Below, in pieces: positions 9,490-19,911 of a stretch of DNA of 64,000 nt. Under the pieces are notes generated by a model. That model had not been told where the DNA came from and did not search any database. It saw only the letters and a list, made by a program, of their open reading frames with translations. A program made the position numbers and the translations under genes. Source of the DNA: an uncultured delta proteobacterium (GTDB lineage Bacteria > Myxococcota_A > Polyangia > Fen-1088); contig CAVTRY010000023.1 in NCBI GenBank assembly GCA_963737265.1, positions 32,001-96,000 of the forward strand, in the 5' to 3' direction. Numbering within the stretch: position 1 is the stretch's first letter; the number at the start of each line of letters is the position of its first letter.

Positions 9490-9802
9490 ACCTCGCCATT
9501 GCTTCGATCTCGTGATTTCCGAGGCGCGAATTATGGGTGCGGCGGAGCTGCAGTCGTTCAGCAAGCTTGGGGGCGGGGCAAGAGTTCCGCCGTTCGTTTT
9601 CATCGCCGCATTTGGTGAGGGGGAGCTGCATGTGAAAGCGCGACCATTCGACGCGGTTGCGGTTTTGGACAAGCCGCTCGACATGGCCAGCCTCCGCGAT
9701 CTGGTGAACAGCTTCTTGCACCATCCAACAGGGAAGGGTGGCAACATGCCTGCAGAGACCGAAGGTGAAATGGAAATAGTTCCCGAATCGATCGGGAAAT
9801 AG
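9490..9802 (+). pseudogene. Receiver-domain fragment / degenerate response regulator
   Basis: FDLVISE...PPFVFIAAF...AVAVLDKPLD matches the C-terminal half of a receiver domain; no clear N-terminus. Confidence 0.5.
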
Positions 9803-9808
9803 TCCCGA
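9770..9808. promoter_or_regulatory. Tandem palindromic sites (TCGGGA-N5-TCCCGA), putative enhancer
   Basis: 9770-9786 ATGGAAATAGTTCCCGA and 9792-9808 TCGGGAAATAGTCCCGA, 22 bp apart. Confidence 0.65.
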
Positions 9809-9859
9809 CGCCCGTTGCAGCATCACGTCGCATTCCCTTTTTCCAAATCGATTCGCAAG

Positions 9860-9875
9860 CGGCACGTTTCTTGCG
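9860..9875 (+). promoter_or_regulatory. sigma54 -24/-12 promoter
   Basis: CGGCACGTTTCTTGCG upstream of a GGAGG RBS and the ATG at 9911. Confidence 0.75.
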
Positions 9876-9910
9876 CGAATGAGGAGGAGAACCACTGTTA
9901 GGAGGCGTCC

Positions 9911-10585
9911 ATGTCAAACATTGGTCGTTCGGTCATTATTCTTATGATCTTTCCTTCCAGCGCGGTTTACAGCTCGCCGAGCGGTGCCCAACCAGGAAAA
10001 GCCCAATCGCAGACGCCTGCCCCCACCAGCCGTACGCGCATGGATGGTACGTTCGGACACTGTCTCATGTCACCCACTGGGACGATTGCGGGAATTGTGC
10101 TGGAGGATGGCACCATAGCGCGATTTCCGCTGTTTGAACCCGTTCTCCAAACCGCCTTCCTTCGGCCTGGGGATACGGTTCATGTCGAAGGCCATGGGTT
10201 GATTGGCCCGAACGGACCCATCTTTATCAATGCATCCGTAGAGGTACCCAACGGCACGGCTACCCGCGCCGAGGTCACGCCGACGCAGTCCGTGACAATA
10301 AGCTCGAAGCCTAGGTCGCGCCGTGGCCAAGAGCATGGACTGAGCGCGAGCAAAGGCCAGACCGAGGACGCTCCCCGGCCGACAGCGGCGCCTGGCAAGA
10401 CGCAAGGGCCTTCGCGAGATAGAAGAACAAACAGCAGCCTCTTCTTTGGAAGCACTAGCGTTTCGACCCGGCGAAAAGCCCGCCCCGAAGGCTTTTGGGC
10501 CAAATTGAGCCACATAACGACGGGCACAGGACATGTCGATAGCGATTCGCGGTGGAGTCGAACTCAGGAAACCGCAGGACCGTAG
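9911..10585 (+). CDS. Secreted hypothetical protein
   Basis: RBS, signal-like N-terminus, beta-rich core (GIVLEDGTIARFP...PGDTVHVEG) and low-complexity tail. Confidence 0.6.
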   Translation: MSNIGRSVIILMIFPSSAVYSSPSGAQPGKAQSQTPAPTSRTRMDGTFGHCLMSPTGTIAGIVLEDGTIARFPLFEPVLQTAFLRPGDTVHVEGHGLIGPNGPIFINASVEVPNGTATRAEVTPTQSVTISSKPRSRRGQEHGLSASKGQTEDAPRPTAAPGKTQGPSRDRRTNSSLFFGSTSVSTRRKARPEGFWAKLSHITTGTGHVDSDSRWSRTQETAGP

Positions 10586-10618
10586 CCTCCTGCTTCACAA
10601 GCGCGAGCCCGATTTCTT

Positions 10619-10634
10619 CGGTACGCAGATTGCT
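10619..10634 (+). promoter_or_regulatory. sigma54 -24/-12 promoter preceding a short ORF (10662-10763)
   Basis: CGGTACGCAGATTGCT, then GGAGG and ATG at 10662. Confidence 0.55.
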
Positions 10635-10759
10635 TTTCCTGGCGGCTCGGAGGTAATTGCCATGAAGAATCAGAACACCTCAATGGTAACTGCAACTGGT
10701 CGAGATCCCTGCGCAACGGTCAAAGCACCAGCCGACACCGTTCGACTCCGGATGCTTGC

Positions 10760-12118
10760 TTAGTCTTCCGACTCACTCAACCATTTCCATAAGGTCTTTG
10801 CGTCGATTCCAAGTTTCTCGGCAACCTTGCCCTTGTGTCCCCCGAGTTGAGTCATGGCCCAGGCCGCGTAGCGGCGCTGAAGGTCTCGGATTGGCAAGAT
10901 GTCCCCAGTAAACTCGCCTCGCTCCACGCGCCCTGGCAGTCGGACATTTTCAGGAATATCGCCGAAGGTCACTACAGTCGATCGGCCCAGAAGAACGACC
11001 TTTTCCAGGACGTGCGCCAGTTCGCGTACATTCCCCGGCCATCCGTAGGTGACAAGGCATTCTAGTGCCTCGCGGGACAGCCGCTCGGGGATAGACCCGG
11101 GAAATTTCTCCTTGGCTTGTTTGAAGAAATGCGCCACGAGCTCGGGGAGGTCATCGCGGCGGTCTCGCAACGCGGGCATCGCGATGGAGAGAACATCCAG
11201 GCGGTAGAGCAGGTCTTCGCGGAACTTTCCGTTGCTAGCAGCCGCATGCAGATTGCGGTGAGTTGCGGCAATGATGCGGACGTCGATTTCCTTTTCCTTG
11301 GTCGACCCGACAGGACGGATGGAGCCGTGCTCGATCACATGAAGCAGCTTCGCCTGCAGCCCCGGCGCCATTTCTCCGATCTCGTCCAAGAATAGCGTTC
11401 CCCCGTCGGCTTCGCGGAAAAGTCCCGAACGATCGCTCGCGGCGCCGGTGAAGGCTCCTTTCACGTAGCCGAACAGTTCGCTCTCGAGCAGGGGTTCCGG
11501 CAAGGCGGCGCAGTTCACAACAACAAATGGCCGACTTGAACGCTGGCTGTCGGCGTGAATCGCTTGGGCGACTAGACTCTTTCCCGTTCCGGTTTCGCCC
11601 AGAATCAAGACCGGGACCGGTACGCTCGCAACACGCGTGACGATCTCGCGCACATTTCTCATGGAGGCACTGTTGCCGACGATACGTACAATCGAAAATC
11701 GGTCGCGTAGCGTCCTTTTCAGGGTCGCGGCTTCGCGCCGGAGCTGAGACTCATCCAAGGCGCGCCGAAGGAACAACACAAGCTCTTCAACCTTGAAGGG
11801 TTTCGTGAGGTAGTGATAGGCGCCTTGCCGGATGGACTCGACGGCGGTATCGATCGCGCTAAAGGCGGTCATGACGATGACTGGGCGTTCGGCGGAGAGA
11901 CCGCGCGAGATGGCAAGCAAGGCAAGCCCGTCGACTTTCGGCATGCGGAGATCGGTCACAATGGCGTCGACGTGGTCGGACTTCAGTTTTTCCGCGGCGG
12001 CTTCGCCAGAGGCGACGGCCTCGGCCTCGTAACCGCGATCGCAAAGACTCTCGGCCAGCGTTCTCGCCATCTCCAAGTTGTCGTCCACCACGAGGACGCG
12101 AGGTATGCTAGTGGGCAA
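10760..12118 (-). CDS. NtrC-family sigma54-dependent response regulator
   Basis: Receiver domain, GETGTGKS, GAFTGA, FLDEIGE and Fis-type HTH. Confidence 0.95.
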   Translation of the reverse strand: MPTSIPRVLVVDDNLEMARTLAESLCDRGYEAEAVASGEAAAEKLKSDHVDAIVTDLRMPKVDGLALLAISRGLSAERPVIVMTAFSAIDTAVESIRQGAYHYLTKPFKVEELVLFLRRALDESQLRREAATLKRTLRDRFSIVRIVGNSASMRNVREIVTRVASVPVPVLILGETGTGKSLVAQAIHADSQRSSRPFVVVNCAALPEPLLESELFGYVKGAFTGAASDRSGLFREADGGTLFLDEIGEMAPGLQAKLLHVIEHGSIRPVGSTKEKEIDVRIIAATHRNLHAAASNGKFREDLLYRLDVLSIAMPALRDRRDDLPELVAHFFKQAKEKFPGSIPERLSREALECLVTYGWPGNVRELAHVLEKVVLLGRSTVVTFGDIPENVRLPGRVERGEFTGDILPIRDLQRRYAAWAMTQLGGHKGKVAEKLGIDAKTLWKWLSESED

Positions 12119-13641
12119 GATCGGCCTCCTGGGAATCGGCGGTAGATGGAAGGCGGATCACCGCACGCGTCCCGTGTGGCTTCACGGATTCCAGCGACAA
12201 CGAACCGCGATGGCTTGTCACAATTTCCTGAACGATAGCCAGTCCGAGCCCAGTTCCTTTTCCGCTCGGCTTCGTGGAAAAGAACGGTTCAAGAACGCGC
12301 CCTGCATTGGCTTGCGATATTCCAGGACCATCGTCGACAACCGCAATGGCCAGCTTCTGCCCCGCATCGTCGGCCCCGGCGGTCACATCCACGGCACCGC
12401 CCCTGGTACAAGCATCGCAAGCGTTAAGAAGCAAGTTGACTAGTGCGTGCTCAAGTAGGCGTGGATCGCCATGAATGAACGGCAAAGTAGGCGAGACTTC
12501 CGTTCTCAACTGAACCCCGGCCTTTTCGAAGCGATGCTCGACCAGGGACACGGCATCGCGCACCAAGGTGCTTGACTCGACAAGCTCCGCGGTCGGGGCA
12601 TCGCCGCGCGCCAGGCCGAGTAGCCCGCGGATAACTCGATGGATCCAGTCGATCTGTTCAAGGATGACGCGAACGCTGCTCGACGATCGCTCATCCGTCG
12701 CGACTCTGGACATGAGCTGCTCGGCTCGCCCGGCGATAATTCCAAGGGGTGTGGAAATCTCGTGTGCGACTCCGACTGCGAGGGTTCCCATGGTTGCCGC
12801 TCGAACCTGCGCGTTCGAGGCGTTCGTCGCGCTGTCGAATGACGTCGGTGAGCGCCAACTTGTGCTGCAGCAGCAGCTCCTTGCGCTGATTGCGCATGGC
12901 CAGACCGCCGAACATGAGCACGAGGCCACTTGCCGTCGCGACGCTGAGGATCAAGCGCCAGCGCGCCCAGCGCTCGCGGTCGCGTTCCCGCTCGGCGCTG
13001 GCAACTGCCACGATGCCCCACTGGCCTGAAACCCCGGCGTCGATTCGAGCCAATCCCGCCAGCGCGGTCCGCGGCGCCAATCCGATGCGGCCCGATTCTT
13101 GTGGAGGCAAACGCACGTAGGCCCTGCCGTCGTCGAGGCCGGCCAAAACGGCATCCGAGGTTAGAAAGCGGCCGTCTGTCGTGTAGAACCCCTGTGTGCC
13201 GGGAGGCCGCAAGAGCAACATCAGGCTATTCGGCCGTTCGATAGCCTTGAGATCGGTAAAGAGGCTGGCCATGGAAATGGTCAGGTCGACAGTGCCGCCA
13301 TTCGGAATCGGAAACGATAATTGCACTGCACGGTCGCTCAACACAGGGGTCGGGAGCGCTGCGGCCCCAGAAGGGCGGAAAACGGCGGACAAATACCGAT
13401 CGACGACGGAAGTGCTGGTTGGCGGTCCCGCAAGATGGCTTTGCGCAATCGCAAGCGCGTCATGCTGGGCGGCCTCCAACCGGGTGCTTAGATCGGCCGC
13501 TAGACTTCGCGCCAGGGTGCTCTGCTCTTGGGCGAAATCGGACAGTGCCACAGCCGATTCTCGCTCCTCGTCCCAGTACGCCAGCGCCGCAACGGGCACG
13601 ATGGCAAGCAACATGAACCAGGTTATTGGGGCGGCTCTCAT
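12108..13641 (-). pseudogene. Membrane sensor histidine kinase, frameshifted near 12805
   Basis: The two-TM sensor part is in the 12691..13911 frame. H-box AHEISTPL and HATPase (NLLLNA, DDGPG, GTGLGL) are in the 12108..12929 frame. Removing one base joins ERA-GRAATMG. Confidence 0.85.
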
Positions 13642-13837
13642 GCGTCGAAGGACAGTTCCACAATCCCACCCTCCGCCCACAACCGAGGTGACCCGAGTTG
13701 TCACTGGCGACAGGCGAAGCGTCTGCGTGGTTTGTAGCATACCGTCCCGTGAGTGCGAAGCAAGATTTGGGCCCGACGAGCGGACGCCCAAACGCCGTAG
13801 TCCGACGAGATCGAGTAAGGCCCTTGCCCGGTGCTGA

Positions 13838-13875
13838 TCGGGATCAATTCCCGATGCTGCGGAAAATTTTCCCGA
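13838..13875. promoter_or_regulatory. Tandem palindromic sites (TCGGGA-N5-TCCCGA), putative enhancer
   Basis: 13838-13854 TCGGGATCAATTCCCGA and 13859-13875 GCGGAAAATTTTCCCGA, 21 bp apart. Confidence 0.65.
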
Positions 13876-13992
13876 TTCGCTTCGCGGATGGGGCCGACGT
13901 GCCTCGCGCAAACATCGCGGCTAATCGACCGTGTCGTGGTTCAATCCCCAAATGCCTGCCAAAGCGTCGACGAAGCGGCAAGTGCATCGGCT

Positions 13993-14008
13993 TGGCACAG
14001 GTCGTGCT
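13993..14008 (+). promoter_or_regulatory. sigma54 -24/-12 promoter for the efflux operon
   Basis: TGGCACAGGTCGTGCT, about 120 bp downstream of the palindrome pair. Confidence 0.65.
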
Positions 14009-14020
14009 TGGGGCTTGGGC

Positions 14021-15481
14021 ATGCAGCTTGACGTGGACGGCTCAAAGAGGCGAGTTCATGTGGCCATTGCCCTGGCTTGGGGAGCCCTGGCACTCTTCTC
14101 ACGCCATGGCGTGGCGGCTGAAGTTGCGCCCGCGCCAACGGGTGATGCAGCCTGGACCATTGGTGCCCATTTGCGGGTGGTCGGCCTGCCCGAGGCACTC
14201 GCCTTCGCGCGCGCGCACCAGCCGGCGGTGCGCGCGGCGCTCGCCCGCATCGCCGAGCAAAAATCCTACGCTGGTGTGCCTCGCGCCGAGTGGCGTCCGT
14301 TTGCCGGTCTCGTCGGTCAAATCTTGGAAGGCACAGCGAACAACACGACCGCATCCTACCTATCCACGGATGCGATCGACATTCCTCGCATCGGGGGAAC
14401 GCATTCAGTGTCGAGTACTGGCGCTGGCTGGAGTCCCTACGCATCCACGCTCGCTGGCATCGGAGCCAGTCAGGAAGTGTTCGACTTCGGGCGCATCGCC
14501 GCGCAGGCCGCCGCTGCGGACGCGCAGATCTCAGTCGCGCAGCGGGCGACGGACGCCATCCGCCTCGACATCGATCTCGGGGTCGAGGAGGCGTACTTTG
14601 CCGTGAACGCCGCGAAGGCGGTACTGCAAGCCGCTGAAGACGCATACGAGCGCGCCCGGGTTCATCGCGACTACGCTCAGGCTGGGGTTCGTTCCGGGCT
14701 TCGTCCCCCCATCGAGCTAACACGCGCCGAGGCTGACCTCACCCGCTTCGACACCGGCCGAATTCGCGCCCGGGGTGGCCTCATGGATGCGCAGACGGTT
14801 CTCGCTGCGGCCGTGGGCGCCCCCGAAACTGCCCTCGACGCCGGCCGCCCCCCAGCAACTCCGCAAGACATCCTGCCCTTGACGGACGCCATTCGCCGAG
14901 CTGAAGAGAGGGAGCCGCACCTGCAGGAAACCATTGCTCGACTCCGCGCGCAAGAACAGCAAACTCTGGCGATCGCTGCCCTCCTTCGGCCGAACATCCA
15001 CCTTTCCGCAACTTTTTCGGGACGAGCCGGCGGTGCGACGCCGTCGAACGCACTCGATCCGATTCCTGGCGGCAGCGGCTACCTGCCAGATGTTCCCAAC
15101 TGGGACGCTGGGCTCATCTTCAGCTGGCCGATCTTCGACCCCATGGTGAAGGCAAGACAACATGCCTCGATCGCAACCGAGCAGGTCCGTCGCGAGGAGA
15201 TCGATCTCGTGCGCCAGCAGCTCGTCGCGAATGTCGCTCAGACCTACGTCGCGGTGAACGTTGCCCGGCAGGCGCTTCCCTCCTTGCAGCGCGAATTCGA
15301 AGCGGCCCGGGCGAACTACGCGCAGGCGGATGCACGCTTTCGCGCGGAGCTCGGCACCAGCGTCGAGCTAGCCGATGCCGAAGCCCTTCGCACCGATGCG
15401 GAGATCCGACTTGCCCTCGGCGTGTTCGAGATCGCTAGGGCGCGGGCCGCGTTCGGCCGGGCGATCGCCGAGGGCATGTGA
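14021..15481 (+). CDS. TolC-family outer membrane efflux protein
   Basis: QEVFDFGR and FSWPIFD motifs, helical repeats; first gene of the efflux operon. Confidence 0.85.
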   Translation: MQLDVDGSKRRVHVAIALAWGALALFSRHGVAAEVAPAPTGDAAWTIGAHLRVVGLPEALAFARAHQPAVRAALARIAEQKSYAGVPRAEWRPFAGLVGQILEGTANNTTASYLSTDAIDIPRIGGTHSVSSTGAGWSPYASTLAGIGASQEVFDFGRIAAQAAAADAQISVAQRATDAIRLDIDLGVEEAYFAVNAAKAVLQAAEDAYERARVHRDYAQAGVRSGLRPPIELTRAEADLTRFDTGRIRARGGLMDAQTVLAAAVGAPETALDAGRPPATPQDILPLTDAIRRAEEREPHLQETIARLRAQEQQTLAIAALLRPNIHLSATFSGRAGGATPSNALDPIPGGSGYLPDVPNWDAGLIFSWPIFDPMVKARQHASIATEQVRREEIDLVRQQLVANVAQTYVAVNVARQALPSLQREFEAARANYAQADARFRAELGTSVELADAEALRTDAEIRLALGVFEIARARAAFGRAIAEGM

Positions 15482-15531
15482 GGCCGACGCGCGCGGCATC
15501 GAACCATGGAACGGCAGCGAAGAAGGAATCC

Positions 15532-16765
15532 ATGACTGAATCGAACGAAACGCCAAAATCGAATACGAGGCCGCCACGGTCGAAGTTGCCTGTCGTCATC
15601 GCGGGCGGCGTGGCCGGGATTCTGCTTTTGGGCGGCCTCATGATGTGGAGGGCGGAAAGTCGGACCAACAAGGTCGCGCTCTCCTCTCGGCCCAAGCCGG
15701 TGACCGTGATTCGTGCCAAGGCGGCCAAGTACCGGCCCTCGCGAACCTACGTGGGAACGTTGCAACCGTGGGTCCAGGCCAGCGTGGGGCCTCAGATGAT
15801 CTCGGCCTTCGTCGATACGGTCCTGGTGCGGCCGGGGGCGATCGTCAAGCGCCACGACGTGCTGGCGACGCTCGACTGCCGGGATGCAAACGCTTCGACC
15901 AAAGCCATCGCCGCGAGCGCACGCGCTATCGACGAACATCAAAGAGCCATCGCCCACGAGGCCCAACGAACTGCCGGTCTGCTCCAAGGCGGCTTCGTGT
16001 CGCCCAACGAGGCAGAACAGAAGACGTCGCAAAGCGCCTCCGAGGAGGCGCAGCTTGAAGCCGAGCGTGCCAACCTCGCGCGCAGCTCACTTCAAGTCAA
16101 CGACTGCATTTTGCGTGCGCCGTTCAACGGCGAAGTGGCGCAACGACTCGTCGATCCAGGGGCGTTCGTTCGTCCGGGCGCCGCCATCGTGACTGTCGTC
16201 GATCGAAGTACCGTGCGCATGACGGCCGACGCCCCCGAGATCGACTTCGGCCTGATTTCCTCCGGCACCCAGGTGACGGTTCACGTCTACGCCACCAACC
16301 GCGATCTGCCAGCGACCATCTCGCGTCGTACCCCCGCGGCGGATCCCTCGACCCGCACTGGTGCACTTCGAGATCGACATTCCCGATCCCAGCCGCGCCA
16401 TCCCGGTGGGAACCACGGGCGAAGTGCACATCGACATCGGCACGCCAGAGCCGGCCAGCGAGATTCCGCTTTACGCAGCGACCATCCGCGGGAACAAGGC
16501 CAGCCTGTTCGTCGTCGACCAAGGCGTCGCCCGCCAGCAGACGGTCTCCGTCAAGGGCGAAGCCGGCGGCTCGCTTTTCCTCGATACCGGCCTTGCGGCC
16601 GGAGCAGCCGTCGTGACGGAGGGGCGAGCTATCCTCGAAGACGGAGATCGCGTCCAGGCATTGGAGATGGCGGATCCCGAGACCGCAACTGCGATACGCG
16701 CGACTCCTGAGAAACCTCTGCCCAATGACCTTGGCAAGGCATCTGCGGTCCAAGGGGCGCCATGA
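15532..16765 (+). pseudogene. RND periplasmic adaptor (MFP), frameshifted near 16360
   Basis: LRAPFNGEV...VDPGAFV present. ADPSTRT continues as VHFEIDIPD in the next frame after removing one base. Confidence 0.85.
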
Positions 16766-19700
16766 CCGCACTGTCTCTTCGCAACCCCATTGCGGTGCTC
16801 ATGCTCTGCATCGCGCTCGTCGTGTTTGCCGGCGTCGTCACGCCTCGCATGAGCGTCGACACCTTTCCCGAGCTGACCCCGCCAGTCTTGGTCATCGGGA
16901 CGCTCGCCCCCGGGCTCGGGCCCAAGGACGTCGAGAAGACCATCACCTGGCGACTCGAGAAATATGTCAGCGCCACCCCTGGCGTCGACCATGTCGAGAG
17001 TGTTTCGCGCAACAGTCTCAGCATCATCTACGTTTGGCTCAAGTGGGGAACCGACCTTAACGGGGCACAGACGCTGGTTCAGCAGCAAGCCGCCTTCGCG
17101 ATGGCCGCGGTCCCCAAGTCGCTTGGCGTGCTGCCCCCGTTCGTGTTGCAATACGATCCGTCGAACGCGCCGGTGATTCAGGTCGTGGTTTCCGGCGCGG
17201 GCTATTCGGGGCCTCAGCTTTACGACTACGCCTTCAACAGCATCGAGCCGCTGCTGGAAGGCATCCCAGGTGTCGCCAGCGCGGCTCCCGACGGCGGGCG
17301 CATGCGCCAGATCAACGTTTTCGTGGATCCGACTCGAGCGCAAGCGCGCAATGTTACCGCGGAAGACGTGGCCAACGCTGTCGCCAAATCAGACGCACTC
17401 CTGCCTTCCGGAGAATTCATCTCACCTAAGTTCGATGCCAATGTTTACACGAATGCGATTCCGCTGAAGGTCGAGACTATCGGCGAAGCACCGGTCAAGG
17501 TGCAGGGGCTTAGCGCTGTCCTGATTCGCGATGTTGCCAAGGTCGAAGACGGCGGAACGCCCCCCACCCAGTCGGTCGCGGTCAACGGCCGCGATGCCGT
17601 GTATCTCAATGTACTGCGCATCCCGGGGGGCAACACCATCGAAATCGTCGATGCAGTCAAGAAGGTGGTGGCGGGCCTGCACGATTTGCCGCCGGGCATG
17701 GAGATCAAGGCCTTCTTCGACCAATCCACCTTTGTCCGAACCACCTATCACGGACTCAAGAAGGAGATTATCCAAGCGATCGTGCTCATCGGCATCGTGA
17801 TCCTGCTCTTCCTTCAGAGCATGCGCGGAACATTGATCGTCTCGGTTGCGATTCCACTGTCGTTCGCGATCGCCTTGCTCGTTCTGTATGCGACAGGCCA
17901 GACGCTGAATGCGTTCACGCTGGGCGGTCTGACCTTGGCGATGGGCCGGTTGGTCGATGATGCCGTGGTGGTGTTGGAATCCATTCACCGGCACCAGCGC
18001 ATGGGGCTCGACACGCGCGAGGCGGCCTTGCGCGGAACCAACGCGGTGGCTCTGCCGGTGCTGGCCTCGACGCTGACCACCATGGCAGTGCTCTTGCCCG
18101 TGCTCCTGCTCGCCGGGTTGGCCAAGAAGCTGTTCGCTCCGCTGGCTCTCACCGTCGCGGTCGCGATGATCGCCTCGTACTTCGTGAGCATGTCAGTCAC
18201 CCCTGTCGCCTGCCGGTATTTTCTGGGTCACCTCGAGCACGGCCGATTGGGAAGGCGCATCGAGCAGCTCATCGACGGCATCGCCGACGCATACGCGCGC
18301 GCTCTGCGCCGCGTGCTGCCCTTTCGTTGGACGATCATTGTGTCTTCGCTCGTATTGGTGGCAGGCAGTGTGTGGGCCGCGAGCCGTCTGCCGAGTACGT
18401 TCTTTCCCGAAATCGACGAGGGCATGGACATGATCTACGTGCGCTTCGCTCCTGGGATCGCTCTCGACCAAGCCTCCGCTCTGCTAAGTGAGATGGGGCG
18501 GACGCTTACCCACGAGTTGCCCGAGGAGAGCGTCGAGATGGTGATCGCGAACCTCGGCACCCCGCAGAACGCCCGCAGCGCGATCGTCAGCCCGAACGTA
18601 GGGCCTCACACGGGGTTCTTGCGGCTTGCGTTCTCCGACTCCGATCGGCGCAAGCTTTCCCAGTCCGAGTTGGCAGTGCGCGCGAGAGAGATTCTGACTC
18701 GAAAGTTCCCCGGCGTGGAAACCCTGCAATATCCCGGCGGACTGGTCGCCAGCGTGTTTGCAAACGGCTACATCGCACCTCTGGCCATCGAGATACGCGG
18801 TGAAAAGCTCGATGAGTTGGACGCCTACGCCAAAGCCGTGGCCGAGGTGGCGCGTACGATTCCTGGAGTGCGCGACGTGCGTTCGTCGCTCCAGATTGAT
18901 TATCCCGAAATACGTGTCGAAACGGATCGAGAGAAGGCGGGATTGGTCGGGGTCACCCTGCGGTCGGCGGCGCAGACCACCCTCGAAGCCACCCTCGGCA
19001 ACATCAACACGCCGAGTGTCTGGATCGATGCCAACAACGGCCAGTCCTATTACGTCGTCACAGCCTACGACGGCCGACGGGTCGGCGACACGCAGGCCCT
19101 CTCGCAGCTTCCCGTCCGGGTCAGCGAGGCTGGACTATCGGTCCCTCTTGGTGCCTACGGACGGATACGACGCTCTCTTGGCCCGATTGCGGTGGAGAGG
19201 AATCAGCTTCAACGCGCGGCGCACGTCCTCATGCAGGCTGAAGGGCGTGACATCGGCAGCGTGGCTTCCGACCTCGAATGGGCGCTGCACGAGGATCCAC
19301 GCACCCGCCACATCAAATTCGAATTCGTCGGCCAGGTTCAGCTTATGCGTACGACGTTCTCCGGCCTCGGGCTAGCCCTTGGACTCGCCGTGATGGTTGT
19401 GTTCATGATTATGGCCTCGCAGTTCAAGTCCCTGCGTCTGCCGTTCGTCATGCTATTCACCATCCCGGTTTCGCTCGTCGGGATTGTTCTCGCGCTGATG
19501 GCGGCCGGCCAGGGTTTTTCGATCACGGCCCTCATGGGCATTCTGATGGTGATCGGGATCGCGGTCTCGAACGGTATCCTACTTGTCGACGACGCTAACC
19601 GGCGCCTCGGTGAGGGCGTGGACAAGGTGGAAGCGATCGTGGCCGCCGCGCGCTCGCGCTTCGTTCCCATCGCGATGACCAGCTTGGCCACCGTCATCGG

Positions 19701-19911
19701 GCTGCTCCCCACCGCCCTCGCGCTCGAACACGGCTCTGAGGCGAACCAACCTCTGGCCCTCTCGGTGGTAGGCGGTCTGTCGTCTTCGACGATCCTGTCG
19801 CTGTTTCTGGTTCCGATTATGTTCCTGATTTTCGCCCGCCGACCGACGCCGGGCGAGGCACCAGAGGAGGAAGGCGGCGGCCTGCGCTCGCCGGCACAGG
19901 CGCATCCATGA
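16762..19911 (+). CDS. RND efflux permease, copy 1
   Basis: 1049 aa; MGRLVDDAVVVLE, GIAVSNGILLVD and RFVPIAMT. Confidence 0.93.
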   Translation: MTALSLRNPIAVLMLCIALVVFAGVVTPRMSVDTFPELTPPVLVIGTLAPGLGPKDVEKTITWRLEKYVSATPGVDHVESVSRNSLSIIYVWLKWGTDLNGAQTLVQQQAAFAMAAVPKSLGVLPPFVLQYDPSNAPVIQVVVSGAGYSGPQLYDYAFNSIEPLLEGIPGVASAAPDGGRMRQINVFVDPTRAQARNVTAEDVANAVAKSDALLPSGEFISPKFDANVYTNAIPLKVETIGEAPVKVQGLSAVLIRDVAKVEDGGTPPTQSVAVNGRDAVYLNVLRIPGGNTIEIVDAVKKVVAGLHDLPPGMEIKAFFDQSTFVRTTYHGLKKEIIQAIVLIGIVILLFLQSMRGTLIVSVAIPLSFAIALLVLYATGQTLNAFTLGGLTLAMGRLVDDAVVVLESIHRHQRMGLDTREAALRGTNAVALPVLASTLTTMAVLLPVLLLAGLAKKLFAPLALTVAVAMIASYFVSMSVTPVACRYFLGHLEHGRLGRRIEQLIDGIADAYARALRRVLPFRWTIIVSSLVLVAGSVWAASRLPSTFFPEIDEGMDMIYVRFAPGIALDQASALLSEMGRTLTHELPEESVEMVIANLGTPQNARSAIVSPNVGPHTGFLRLAFSDSDRRKLSQSELAVRAREILTRKFPGVETLQYPGGLVASVFANGYIAPLAIEIRGEKLDELDAYAKAVAEVARTIPGVRDVRSSLQIDYPEIRVETDREKAGLVGVTLRSAAQTTLEATLGNINTPSVWIDANNGQSYYVVTAYDGRRVGDTQALSQLPVRVSEAGLSVPLGAYGRIRRSLGPIAVERNQLQRAAHVLMQAEGRDIGSVASDLEWALHEDPRTRHIKFEFVGQVQLMRTTFSGLGLALGLAVMVVFMIMASQFKSLRLPFVMLFTIPVSLVGIVLALMAAGQGFSITALMGILMVIGIAVSNGILLVDDANRRLGEGVDKVEAIVAAARSRFVPIAMTSLATVIGLLPTALALEHGSEANQPLALSVVGGLSSSTILSLFLVPIMFLIFARRPTPGEAPEEEGGGLRSPAQAHP

